64,000 nucleotides of DNA from a virus (Duplodnaviria; Caudoviricetes). The notes under the pieces are model-generated. The model ran no database searches and was not told where the DNA came from. It was given only the letters and a program-made list of their open reading frames with translations. This document shows positions 9,984 through 21,379 of this stretch, in pieces. The stretch lies in IMG/VR virus record IMGVR_UViG_3300028833_000053; one strand, written 5' to 3'. How positions within the stretch are numbered: the stretch's first letter is position 1; each line of letters starts with the position of its first letter. The translations under genes were made by a program, and so were the position numbers.

Positions 9984-12900
9984 TCAACCCTCCCCATTTA
10001 TGGTGTAGATTATGTTTCCAGATTCATCCTTGAAGTCCACCTTGAACTGGAACGGCTCTTGGTTCGTGTTGTAGCCAGTTCCAAATTCGGCGTTTGCAAC
10101 CAAGGAAACGATTTGACTGCTCGTCTTTCCAATAATTGTCACTTCCCTCAAGAGGTTGCATCCGTCAAATGCCAAACCTCTAATCGTTGAAACGCCACTT
10201 GGTATGGTTATTGTCGTCAAGGACGAGCAGTTTCTGAACGCCAGTTTTCCAATTGTTGTGACTGTGCTTGGGATAGTCACGGATTCAAGCTGTGTGCATC
10301 CAAGGAACGTGCTGTCGCCTATTTCCTGGACTCCTTCAGGTATTGAAATTTCCTTGAGGACACTGCATCCATAGAACGCATATATTCCAAGTTCGTCCAA
10401 TCTCACGCTTGGTGCTATGGTTATCGTGGCAAGTGTTGAGCAATCCTGGAATGCGTTGTTTCCAATCCTTCTCACGTTGGTTCCGACGGTCACTTCCTCC
10501 AACTTGCCACATCCCATGAACGCCTTGTCGCCGATGTACTTGATGTTGTTTCCGGTTATCACCTTTGTAATGCGCTTGTTGTTGGTGAACGCCAGGTCGC
10601 ATATGCCTCTTGCACTGGAGAGGTTGATTGTTGTAGACGTGCCACTTGGACCGACAACCCATCCATCCACGGACTCCACGCCACTGATTGTTGTTTCGTA
10701 TAGGGACGTGTTGCATTCCGCGAACGCACCGGAGCCTATTCTGGTAACGCTGTCAGGTATCGTCACGCTTGTCAAGTTCCCGCATCCATAGAACACTTCG
10801 TTTCCAATTGTTTCAACGGTGTCTGGAATTACCATTGACGTTATCCCAGTTCCCTCAAAGGCGTTGTTCTTGATCTTCGCTATTGGAAGCATTTTGCTTT
10901 GCTTTATCATTATTGAAACAACGTCGGATGCGGACAATCCCAATGCACCCAATTCACCCGCCAAGTAGTTTTCGGGGATTACTCCGTCTGGCAAGTTTCT
11001 TCTCTAATATGTTCCGTCTCTCATCTTCCATATCAAGTTGTAGTCGTTGTCGTCAAATGTCACAGTGCCAGTCCAATGAGCGTAGAAAGTTGGGGAATAG
11101 TCCTTGCTGTTTCCAGTGTTTCCAGACCCCATTTCATACACATTGTTTTCCAACTTTGTTCCACCAGACGCCGCCGTGTACCAACCATAGAATGTCTTTC
11201 CCGTGTATTTCGGCGTTTCCACGTCAGTGTTCTTGAATTTCGTTCCATGATTGTATTTCTTCGTCTTTGTGGTGCTGTTGTCCGTGAATTTCCCACCGTT
11301 TGCGTTGAACTTGACGTTGTATTCATATATCTTCCAGTCGGCCTTCAAGGTCACGTTGGACGTTGGATAGAACGTGTCGTCTTTCTGTCCCACGTTTTCT
11401 GTTTCATTCAGCCATCCGAGGAATTCGTGACCAGTCCTTCTGGCTCCAATCAACGTCACAGGCTCTTTACTCCACTGTGCGTAGATTGTGAACACGTCTC
11501 CTTCTGTGTTCTTGAGGTTTTTGACAACTTGGCCGTCGGAATAAGCCGTTCCGCTTCCATTTATCTTGGTGTTCCATCCTTCAAAGTCATGTGTCACCGA
11601 TGCGGTGTCGGAGCCAATGGTTTCTCCTCCGTTTGCGTCGAATGTCACCTCGGAAACCTTGCCATAAGCGTTTGTTGTCAATGCCGTTCCTGGATTGGAT
11701 GAATTGTGTATGTACTGCAACTCCTGACGTTCCATTCTGCCAGACGTGCTTCCATTTCCCATGAAAGCAACATAGTATTTTATTGGTCGCCATTGTGCAT
11801 ACATATCTTCATTTGCATACACAATGTATGTATCGCCTATGTCGCTCTTCTTTGTTCCTCCAGTCGGGGCAGTGAACCATCCCGTAGGGCAATAGGTTGG
11901 TCTTATCGGAGCGGGAAGTATTACATGGCCGACATCTGCCCACTTTGCGTACAGGTCTATTGTGTCGTTGTTTGTACTGGTCAAGTTCTTTACGTATTGT
12001 CCATCTGAAAAAGCAACATCTCCAGCCGCGGACCTTGCCCAACCCAAGAAGTCCATGGCAACATCCACAATGTTTTGATCCCCCTCTATTCTAGCACCTT
12101 CGCCATTTGGATACAGGTGTATGTGGTACTTGTGGTTTATGAATTCATTTAAGCTCAATGGCTTCTACTCATCGTAGTCGTATGAGGAATTTTCCATTGC
12201 GCCATAGGTTGCCCCATTGCCATTGTACTTGATGTAGTATTTGACCGCAAGTCTCCAAATGGCATAGTACGTTATGTCCCTTGTTATCGGAGTGGAAGTT
12301 GTGAGCTTGTTTGCCCCGGATGCAAGGGAATCATACCATCCAACAAGTCCATATCCCGTTCTGGTCGTTGTTGGCAGGGAATCTATCGTATGCCCGTATA
12401 TCACATGGTCTTCGGTCCTGGGGGATGGCTCTGTGCCGCCATTGGCGTTGTAGAAAACAGTCAACGTGTTTATTTGCCAGTCGGCAATCATTGCAACAAG
12501 ATGGTTTGCCTTTGGGGTCAAGTTCTTGAAGTACAAGTCCCCGTCCGCGCCATTTCGGCATTTGTGCAGACGGTCCGGTATGAATTGGTCTTGCGCTCCT
12601 GAACTTATTCCGTATCTTGCTGTTTCGGGAATCAATCCCCTGGCAACGTTCCAACCCATGAATGTATGCCCTTTCAAAACCGGCGATACGAGCTTGAACG
12701 CCCTGTCATAAGTGGCGTTTGTCAAGAACACTCCCCCCTTTGAAACGTAATTTGACCTCAACAAATCGTCCATTGGCATATACATCACTCGGTAGGTGTT
12801 CGCAGTCCAGTGGGCATGGTATGTCACGTTTCCAGTTATTGCCTAATTGGGGTTTATCTTGCTTCCGCCTGAAGCCGCAGTGTACCATCCTGCAAGTTTG

Positions 12901-15365
12901 TAGCCCTCTTTTTCCGCAGGGGGCAACACGCCCAAGGTCTCGCCATGTTTTCTCTTGTATTCCTTGACCTCGTTGCCGCCATGGGAGTTCCATGTCACGG
13001 TATATTCGTTCTTGTGCCACATTGCGTGGAATATGGAATCGTGTTCAACAACGGTTTCCTTTGAGACAACTTCTCCGTTTTCGGTGTACCACCAAGAATC
13101 AACGTCAAGGTAATATCCTTCCCTTGTTCCAGGACTGTACATTTCAGTCAAACCACTCTCTTCCAATGTCTGTCCCGGAACCACAAGCGTTTCCGTTGGG
13201 GTGAGGCTTCCTCCTTCGGAGTCCCATTTTACAACGCAAAATTCTTCCTTGTTTGCAGCAGGCTCTCCCGACAAGTCCCTCTCGTAATCGGAAACCTCCA
13301 TACATTCCCATATGTACACTTCCATCATTGGGGGCATGTTTTCGTGTGGGATTGTCACCGCGTCCTTCACCTGGTATTCCAATGGGCTTATTTGGTAATT
13401 GAGGTTTTCGTTCTTGACGCCGTTTACAATTTCGCCTTGTTCGGTTTCGTTTTTGTCCGCATTCACCAACTGAGGTGTTGCCCCTCCCGTGTTCGCGCAC
13501 GTCCAAGATGCCTCTTCAGTTGTTTCCTGCGAGGAAACTTGAATCTTGTGCGTGTGTGTTGGAATGTTGGATTCACGCAAGCAAACATATTCCTCTCCCA
13601 ATTTCCTTCCCAACACCTCGTCCGTCTTGTTTTCGTTGTCGGATTCAACTCCCCTCAAGAAGTTCATAACCCTGCGCCAACGTGTTCCGCCGTATTTTTG
13701 TATGACCTTTTGCTCAATGTCGTCCGTTGTTGAAATGATGATGCGTCCAACGTATGTCATGGGCTTTACGGATTGCAAAAGTTCCTTCAATGTTTGCAAC
13801 TTCGCTATTATTCTGTCCAAAACTTCAGTGCAGTGGTTGTACCACGCCATGAACTCGCTTATTGGTATCAATTCTCGGTCCAACTTGGGCTTCATTATCT
13901 GCGCCAACGTGACGAATTCCTTGAGGTTTTTCACTTCAACGACGGTTCCTTCTGAATCATCATCCGGATCGTCAGAATCCTCGTCAACCAAAACCCAACT
14001 TCCATCGTCAAAGGTTTTTATCTTGACCATTTCCCACCCAGCCTTCGTGGGGTCGTACTTCACTTCCTCGCCAAGTGTGTTTGCGGTGATGTCCGCGTAG
14101 ATGTCCAAGAATTGTTGGATTGTTTGCTTCATCAAGGAAACACTTTTGCTTCCGTCATTTTCCTCAACAAGCAATCTCAACAGATAATCGTGCGTGGTGA
14201 GGTCGTCTTGCTTGAATTCATCCAAGTGTGGGTGTGGCACAATATCCGAAAAGTACTGGGCTTCTGCGGTATTCCATTTCTCTTCCGCGTCCCGTGCTTT
14301 CTGCAGTTCCCATTCTTCCTCTTCAACAGTCAATATCCTGCGTTGGACAAAAGAAACGTCAAGGTCATCCTGGTATGCCCTGTATCGTACATACACATTC
14401 AAGGACGGCGGCTTGTTGTTGTGCTTCTTCTTCCTGTTTCTCCAGTTTATGACGTTTTCGCCATAGAGGGGGAAGGTTATTGCATCGGCTCCGGTTGCGG
14501 ATGGATTTGTCACTATCTCCAATGTCTTCTCTTCAAGCCGTCCATAGTTTGCGTCATAGGACACTATGGCTTTGTGGCCCGCAGTGAAGTCCCCCACCAA
14601 CTTGCTTCCCCCCTTTATGGAGCTGAAAGATGAAGTCATCGTTTCCGCTTTTGTGTCCTTGTGGGTGTGCAAAAACGGCTTGTCCCCTATTTCAACTTCG
14701 TCAAATCCTTCCTTTAGGTTCTTTCCTTGGTTGTAGCACCATATCCCACCGGGCCCATACAAGAAATCATGGTATATGACTGCATCCATGCTGTCAATCC
14801 TGCCAACTATTATGACTTCTTTCTGTGAATTCAAGGCATATTGGGAGGTTTTCCAGGTATAGTGCTTTTTCATCGTCTTTGATTGGATGTCAACAGCACC
14901 TGGATAGTTCAACTTTGCATGGGCTTTCAAGTAGTTTATCTTGTCGTCTATGCCCTTTTCCAAATCCCTTGTTTTTATGTTGAAATAGTCTTTGTATTCT
15001 TCCCATACATAGCGTCTTTCATAACGTTGGAATTGGTCATCGGTAAGATGCACCAACTTCGACCACTTCCAATCGTCAAGACGTTCAATCAAAATTTGAT
15101 CATCTGGAGTTTCATCACCAACCTCCGTATTGGAAGAGGGAATGAGCGCAAAACGGAAATTGTCCTCGTCACCTTCAATCAAGAACTGGAAGATGGATTG
15201 GTTCAACGCCCAAAATATCGTCTTTTGCATGTACACGACATATCCATCTGTTTCGTTATCGTTTCCAGGGAAGCATAGAAAACAATCCTTCGCGTCTTCG
15301 GAGATGGTCAGTTCGTGGACGGAAATTGGATTTATTCTGAGATATTCGCGTACATCAATGTTCAT
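9984..15365 (-). CDS. 1793-aa putative virion/adhesin protein: tail-collar-like segment + InlB-B repeats + BspA-type LRRs (3 in-frame TAG)
   Basis: Four ORFs in frame via TAG at 12845, 12167 and 11006; repeats continue across TAG (NPN*AITGNVTYHAHW); IP.SVT.IG..AF..C LRRs; NIPTHTH and HENMPP motifs. Confidence 0.8.
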
Positions 15366-15474
15366 GGTAGAAATATTTACCATTCTTGGAAGCAATAATG
15401 TTTTTGTTCCAAAAATGGTAAATACTGATGCCCCTTTGGGGCATAACATACACACAACACAACGAGGTGCTAAC

Positions 15475-16116
15475 ATGAAAAAGGCATTGATTATGCTGCT
15501 TGCGGCAACTTTGTCTGCCTTTACGGCACTTTGCCAAACGGTAGACACGTACAAGTTCACAATGAACTTGAAAGTCCCGAGGATTTACGACAACATGGCA
15601 TCCAAGGGATACAGGAAACTTCAACCCCAGCGACTGGTTGGAGAACTTCAATTCGTTTACAAGGATAATGGTGACGTGAAGGTGCGCGTCAAGAACCTTG
15701 TCAACAAAACGCACAAGATAAACGGGATTCCCATATCCTATGTTTGCTATGAATATCCCTATGAGTACCACAATCCGTTGGTAGTTGGAATAGGAAGCAA
15801 CAAGACTGGAAAGTTCAAGCAAGGGGGAGCGGAATTTGCTTTTCAGGCAGACCCTTCATACAACATTGGGGCGGTTGACGAGGACAACACGTTGCTTCTT
15901 GAACTTTCCGGCTATGGAACTCTCAAGGGTGACGTTCTGAAAAACTTGAAGGGAGCCGTAAAAGGACGGATTGGATGCGGATGCATGGCATACGGCCATA
16001 TATCCCCAACACGTCTGTTCCTTGGATGGTTGACTAACATAGTTTGGGATGTTGCCCCTCTTTACGGCACGTTCAACGCGCATTTCAAGAGCAGGCATTA
16101 CGAAAAAGACGAGTGA
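15475..16116 (+). CDS. Secreted or outer-membrane-like hypothetical protein
   Basis: GAGG RBS; signal peptide MKKALIMLLAATL; terminator at 16140-16165. Confidence 0.75.
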   Translation: MKKALIMLLAATLSAFTALCQTVDTYKFTMNLKVPRIYDNMASKGYRKLQPQRLVGELQFVYKDNGDVKVRVKNLVNKTHKINGIPISYVCYEYPYEYHNPLVVGIGSNKTGKFKQGGAEFAFQADPSYNIGAVDEDNTLLLELSGYGTLKGDVLKNLKGAVKGRIGCGCMAYGHISPTRLFLGWLTNIVWDVAPLYGTFNAHFKSRHYEKDE

Positions 16117-16196
16117 CGTAAACTTTCATATTGAAACTTGGCGGGTCTTTTGGGCCCGCCTTTTTGTATAATTCAATGTGAAAGGTTTATAGTCAA

Positions 16197-17876
16197 ATGG
16201 ATAATTACTGCACCAAGATAAACGAAAAGACAGACGAGGTGCTTCTTGCCATAAAGAAGTCCTCGCAAAAGATAGCCGACATCGTATCACAAACGGCTGG
16301 TCCGTATGGGCATAACGTGATGCTCATCAACGGGAAATCATGCAGAATCACGAAGGATGGAATTTCGGTTCTGCGTTCAATCACCGAGCCGGAAACTGAA
16401 TCAGATTTCATTGCGTTGAGCGTCATTCGCTCCGCTTCCGACGAGACGAACAGAAAGGCTGGTGACGGAACAACGGCAACCTGCATTCTTGCGAACGAGA
16501 TTTTCCAGCAGGGCTACAACTTCCTCACAGCGGGCTGCAATGGCAACTTGTTGAGGAACGGCATTACAAAGGCTTCTGAAATTGCACAGAAGTTGGTTGT
16601 TGACAATTTGACTACGCCTGTAAAGGATGACAAGGACATCTACAACGTGGCGAAGATTTCATCAAATGGTTCCGACGAAATTGCCAAGATTCTCACGGAC
16701 GTGTTCTCCAAGATTGGCAAGGATGGCATGGCGCGTGTGGAGCTTTCCAACACTGACAAGACCACCTCCAAGATTGTGTATGGCATGACCATTGACCGCG
16801 GGTATGAGTCCCCCTATTTCGCAACAAATACGCATGGCGAGGCCGTCCTTGACAACCCGGTTATTCTTCTCATCAACAAGAGGTTGTCCGTCCTTGGCGA
16901 ATTGCTGAAGCCGTTTGAGACATTGGCGAAGCTCAACCGCCCGATTCTTGTTGTGGCGGAGGGATATGATCCCGACATTCTCAACACGTTCATCCTCAAC
17001 AAGATGCGTGGTCTGCCAATTTGCGCGATTCTTGCCCCGAACTATGGGGAGCACCGCACGAAGATGATGGAAGACCTTGCCGTTGTCACCGGTGGCAAGG
17101 TGATTTCCCCCGCAACGGGAATCACTTTGGAGCAGATTACAACAGATCCAACCATCATGGGTACGGCAAAGCAGGTTATCGTGAACACGGATTCCACGTC
17201 CTTCATCGCCGACACGACAAAGATTCAGAAGGACAGATTCGACGCCCGTGTTGCCGAAATCAAGCATGAGTTGGAGGAAGAGAAGCTGGCCGACTATGAC
17301 AGGAACATTCTCAAGACAAGAATGGCACGTATGGTTTCGGGCATTGGCATCATCAGCGTTGGTGGTGCAACCGAGGCCGAAATGCACGAAAAGAAAGACT
17401 TGGTTGACGACTCTTTCGCGTCCGTGTCAAGTTCCCAGAAGAAGGGCATTGTATCGGGTTGCGGCTTGACCTACCTTGCAATCCACGATGCCCTTTATAC
17501 TTGGTTGAACGATCACTTGGCCGAACTTTCATCCGAGGAGGCAAGCGGGTTCAAGGTGTTTGCGGATTCCCTCACAAAGCCGTTCTTGACGATTTGCGGG
17601 AATTCCGGACACCAGAATTCTCAGTACGCCCTTGGAATCGTTCAGACCACCAACCGCGACGAACACGCCAATGACACCGCAATGAAGAACTGGACAAAGT
17701 GCGTTGATCTTGGAACCGGTGAAATGATTGACGTAATGGAGAAGGGAATTGTGGATTCTGCGGCCGCCGTCATCGAGACCATGAAGAATGGTGCCGCAGC
17801 GGGTGCGCAGTTGCTTTCTTTGAGTGGTGTTGTCAATACTCCGCCAAAGCCATTGCCCGTTCCGCCCCAGGCGTAA
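16197..17876 (+). CDS. groEL: Phage-encoded chaperonin GroEL
   Basis: GPYG; ITKDG; AGDGTTAT; DRGYESPYF; VGGATEAEMHEKKD. Confidence 0.95.
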   Translation: MDNYCTKINEKTDEVLLAIKKSSQKIADIVSQTAGPYGHNVMLINGKSCRITKDGISVLRSITEPETESDFIALSVIRSASDETNRKAGDGTTATCILANEIFQQGYNFLTAGCNGNLLRNGITKASEIAQKLVVDNLTTPVKDDKDIYNVAKISSNGSDEIAKILTDVFSKIGKDGMARVELSNTDKTTSKIVYGMTIDRGYESPYFATNTHGEAVLDNPVILLINKRLSVLGELLKPFETLAKLNRPILVVAEGYDPDILNTFILNKMRGLPICAILAPNYGEHRTKMMEDLAVVTGGKVISPATGITLEQITTDPTIMGTAKQVIVNTDSTSFIADTTKIQKDRFDARVAEIKHELEEEKLADYDRNILKTRMARMVSGIGIISVGGATEAEMHEKKDLVDDSFASVSSSQKKGIVSGCGLTYLAIHDALYTWLNDHLAELSSEEASGFKVFADSLTKPFLTICGNSGHQNSQYALGIVQTTNRDEHANDTAMKNWTKCVDLGTGEMIDVMEKGIVDSAAAVIETMKNGAAAGAQLLSLSGVVNTPPKPLPVPPQA

Positions 17877-17937
17877 AAATTCTGAAAAATTCTGCGAAAA
17901 GCACTTTACAAGATCCTGGTTTTCGCGTATAATGTAA

Positions 17938-18030
17938 GTGTTGTTTGTGGTGATGTGAAAGATACTTCGACGAACAATGAATTAAGGAAATTCACCAAAC
18001 CTCTTTCACAAGTTTTCCCAAGCAACACTT
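17938..18030 (+). ncRNA. Candidate Y RNA 1 (Ro60 ligand)
   Basis: Own promoter TTTACA-17-TATAAT at 17905-17933; stems GTGTTGTTTG/CAAGCAACAC and TGTGAAAGA/TCTTTCACA around a TGGTGA/AGTTTTCC loop; TACTTC motif. Confidence 0.7.
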
Positions 18031-18060
18031 CAATTTATCAACAGAGAAAGGACATTGGCG

Positions 18061-19719
18061 ATGAGCAAGTTCAATAGCAAGAAGCCGGGAGTTCAAATGG
18101 CGAAGAACTTCATGGGTGAGGACGCATATGTGTTGTCTGACAAGGAAGCCTTGACTTCCATGGTCATGACCACGTTCCTTTCGGATTCCTATTATGTTAC
18201 GGAAAGCGACTTGGTTAACAACATCCTGACCCTTGTTGGGAAGTGCGGCAACGAGTTCGCCGCGAAGTTGGCTCTTTATGCAAGGACGAAGGGAAACATG
18301 CGTTCGGTGAGCCATTTGCTTGCCGCCATTGTCTGCAGGGATTCAGACCATCCATCATGGCTCAAGTCCTTCTACGAGCATATCGTGAACAGGCCCGATG
18401 ATATTTCCGAGATTCTGGCTTGCTATGGCAAGTTGAATGGCTTTGACCTCACTTCGGGAAAGCTGCGCAAGATTCCAAACTCGATGAAGAAGGGCTTTGC
18501 CACGGTGCTTTCGGGTCTTTCCCCCTATCAGATTGACAAGTACAAGATGAATGGGAAGTCATTGTCGTTGGTGGACATCTTGAACCTTGTTCATCCTACG
18601 CCGACCGACAAGAACAGGGAAGCCTATCGCAGGCTGATGCATGGGGAGTCCCTTGATGGAACTTACGACGCCAAGATTCTTGAGAAGGAAATGGCCGAGA
18701 CGGGCAAGAACGCCAGCAACGAGCAGGAACTGTTTTTGGCAAAGCACGATGCCATCAAGTCCGTCTTGGATTCGGGAATGCCCATAATGAACCTTCTCCG
18801 CAACCTGCACAACATCATGATTTACGCCCCAGACCTTGTGGAAGAGGCTATCAAGCAGCTCACGAACCGAGACAAGATTGTGAACAGCAAGTTGCTGCCA
18901 TTCCGCTTCATGTCTGCCTATGACGTTGTAGACAAGATGGAACTGTCGGACTACATTGTTTCTGAAACTCCAAACACCGCGATAAGGTTTGAGTCGGAGG
19001 TTGCCCGCATGGACTACAGCCAGCTTGAAACAATCAAGGCGAAGGTTCTGAAGGCAATTGAGGACGCCATGTCCATTGCCTGCGAGAACGTCCCAGACCT
19101 TGAGGGCAACTGCGCAATCCTTATCGATCATTCAGGTTCCGTGCGCGGTGACTGGGGTGGAGATTCCAGGGTTTCGCCTTGGAGCAATGTACGTACCGCC
19201 CATATCGGGAACCTGTTTGGCTCCATCGTGGCTTTCAAGCAGAAGGATGTCTACATTGGGATGTTCGGCGACAAACTCATTTCACCGAAGATGGACCGCA
19301 GCGTTGGCTTGCTTGAGTTCAACAAGAAGTCCTACGACGAGGGTGACAAGTGTGGTGGAGCGACCGAGAACGGACTGTACAAGTTCTTGGAGAATGTCAT
19401 CAAGGAAAAGAAGCACATTGACAACTTCATCGTGTTCTCCGACATGGAAATCGGCAATGGTGGCGAGGGTGGATGGGACCGCACAAGCACTGCAAGGTGC
19501 AAGTTCCAGGACTTGTTCAAGGAGTTCCGCAAGATAAACCCCAACTGCCTCACTGTGTGCTGCAACATCCGTGGTCAGAGTGGAACTTCCGTGTTCAATC
19601 CCAACCTCAAGATTCTGAACGTCTCAGGGTGGTCTAACAACATCTTTGACGTGATTTCCATGTACAAGACCGGCAAGTTGAAGTCAATGGTTGAGGACAT
19701 CGAGAAAATGAGCATTTAG
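18061..19719 (+). CDS. Ro60/TROVE domain RNA-binding protein with vWA domain (Rsr-like)
   Basis: ALYAR...MRS; NLLRNL; LLPFRF; MIDAS-like IDHSGS; FSDME; SGWS. Confidence 0.92.
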   Translation: MSKFNSKKPGVQMAKNFMGEDAYVLSDKEALTSMVMTTFLSDSYYVTESDLVNNILTLVGKCGNEFAAKLALYARTKGNMRSVSHLLAAIVCRDSDHPSWLKSFYEHIVNRPDDISEILACYGKLNGFDLTSGKLRKIPNSMKKGFATVLSGLSPYQIDKYKMNGKSLSLVDILNLVHPTPTDKNREAYRRLMHGESLDGTYDAKILEKEMAETGKNASNEQELFLAKHDAIKSVLDSGMPIMNLLRNLHNIMIYAPDLVEEAIKQLTNRDKIVNSKLLPFRFMSAYDVVDKMELSDYIVSETPNTAIRFESEVARMDYSQLETIKAKVLKAIEDAMSIACENVPDLEGNCAILIDHSGSVRGDWGGDSRVSPWSNVRTAHIGNLFGSIVAFKQKDVYIGMFGDKLISPKMDRSVGLLEFNKKSYDEGDKCGGATENGLYKFLENVIKEKKHIDNFIVFSDMEIGNGGEGGWDRTSTARCKFQDLFKEFRKINPNCLTVCCNIRGQSGTSVFNPNLKILNVSGWSNNIFDVISMYKTGKLKSMVEDIEKMSI

Positions 19720-19757
19720 GGCTTTACACGGAACGCGGTTTGACGTATAATTAATGT

Positions 19758-19840
19758 AGCCAGTGGTGAATGGATTGTTACTTCTGATCTGTTAAATCAA
19801 CCTAGTTACCCAATCCACGTTTTTCCCTGGCTTTTCTTTT
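19758..19840 (+). ncRNA. Candidate Y RNA 2 (Ro60 ligand)
   Basis: Own promoter at 19723-19751; stems AGCCAG/CTGGCT and TGGATTG/CAATCCA around a TGGTGAA/CG(T)nCC loop; TTACTTC; U-rich tail. Confidence 0.72.
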
Positions 19841-19905
19841 TAACGCGCCTTTACAACGGGCGCGTTTTATTGTATAATAAAACATAGCAACAAAGGAGAG
19901 CAGAT

Positions 19906-20211
19906 ATGCGACATGTAACCGTACCAAACTACACGGTCAACCGCCCCTATGACGGGGGCTTTGGATACCATACCTACAACTTCACCAGTCCGACGAAGGA
20001 CAGGGTTTATGTCAAGGTTCTGAAGTTTGTTGAGAGCCATCCAAAGTGCAAACGCAGGGATATTCAGTTTGGCGTGTGGGGAAACCACAACAAGAGCAAT
20101 TCCACGTTGTTCGCCCAGATGCTCTACCACGACATCCTTGACTACAACAAGAATTTCGAGTACAGGGTCACGCGCAAGGGCAAGAACATTTTGAGGAAGG
20201 TGTTCAAGTAA
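19906..20211 (+). CDS. Hypothetical basic protein, possibly wHTH
   Basis: Promoter at 19850-19878; AGGAG RBS. Confidence 0.7.
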   Translation: MRHVTVPNYTVNRPYDGGFGYHTYNFTSPTKDRVYVKVLKFVESHPKCKRRDIQFGVWGNHNKSNSTLFAQMLYHDILDYNKNFEYRVTRKGKNILRKVFK

Positions 20212-20230
20212 AGACGAAAGGCAAGACCTT

Positions 20231-20422
20231 ATGAAAGCCATTTGCATTGTTCTGTTCGCAATAGCGTTCTTCGCATTCGGAATCAGGTGGATTGCGTCCG
20301 ACCCCAATGTTCCCCTTGTTGGGAGGGTTCTATGCCACACGGCAACCACGGTTGTGTCTGGACTAATGATATTCGCAGCGTATTCAACAAGAAAGAACGA
20401 TGATGAAGATGAGCAGGCATGA
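20231..20422 (+). CDS. Small membrane protein
   Basis: Two hydrophobic segments; ATGA overlap with next gene. Confidence 0.6.
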   Translation: MKAICIVLFAIAFFAFGIRWIASDPNVPLVGRVLCHTATTVVSGLMIFAAYSTRKNDDEDEQA

Positions 20423-21309
20423 AATTCGACCTGGCCATAGGCAATCCACCATATACTTCTGGCGTGGACATTGACGTACACAAGTCCTTTTCGGGCATCT
20501 CGAAGAGAATTGTGTTTGTGCATCCCTCCACGTTCTTGATTTCACACAAGCGCAATTCCTTCAAGAAGCAGATGAAGCGGATTGACATGAGGAAACTGGA
20601 AACCGCCCATCTGTTCTGGGGAAACGCCCTATTCAACATCCAACTTTACATGCCCATTGTCATTTCAACTTGGAACGAGGAGAAAACCAACGAAACAGTC
20701 CATGTGATTGACGATGCCTATAACCACTGCGAATATGACGTTGACTATGACAAGGTTCACCACTACGGCAAGGACTATCCCAGGTTCTTGGATTGGGTGA
20801 ACAAGAACGTCATGCCACTTGTGGAGAAGAATGGTTCTGTTGGAGGACATGGGGCGTATGAAGTGACGGAGCAATTTGGATTCAAGATGTCCACAATGCG
20901 CGGGCATCCCCCGCTTGACGATGGGGATTCTGCTTTGCGTGACGATTTCTACACCATACTTCCACAGTCGGACAAGGTGGTGCGCGAAAACTTCTGCAAG
21001 TTGGGTGATTCAGACCCAAACTACAAGCGCATGTTCTCCTTCAAGACGGAAGAGGAACGCGAGAATTTCCTTTGGTATTTGAAGACCAAGTGCGTCAGGT
21101 TCAACCTATCCATATTCAAGTTCTCCAACATGCTGATGAGGGGAGAAATGACGCAGATACCGTGGATGGACTTCACAATTAGATATTCCGACGCGGATTT
21201 GAGGAAATTGTGGAACATTGACGATGATTTGTGGGCATTCATTGATGGGAAAATCCCGGATTATTATTTTGATTATTCTTATCAAACCCCCTTTACAAGC
21301 AGACAGTAA
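20419..21309 (+). CDS. N6-adenine DNA methyltransferase, catalytic/TRD half
   Basis: Starts MKFDLAIGNPPY (motif IV); no motif I visible. Confidence 0.75.
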   Translation: MKFDLAIGNPPYTSGVDIDVHKSFSGISKRIVFVHPSTFLISHKRNSFKKQMKRIDMRKLETAHLFWGNALFNIQLYMPIVISTWNEEKTNETVHVIDDAYNHCEYDVDYDKVHHYGKDYPRFLDWVNKNVMPLVEKNGSVGGHGAYEVTEQFGFKMSTMRGHPPLDDGDSALRDDFYTILPQSDKVVRENFCKLGDSDPNYKRMFSFKTEEERENFLWYLKTKCVRFNLSIFKFSNMLMRGEMTQIPWMDFTIRYSDADLRKLWNIDDDLWAFIDGKIPDYYFDYSYQTPFTSRQ

Positions 21310-21379
21310 TGTGATATACTGTTGGCGTTCTTTGGGCGCAGAAGGATGCCTGTGAGTTCCTTCAAATGCAAACAGCAAA

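Noticed and set aside
716-15365. Pseudogene interpretation of the fragmented ORFs
   Set aside because: Every break within the merged genes is an in-frame TAG with no TAA/TGA breaks, which fits recoding better
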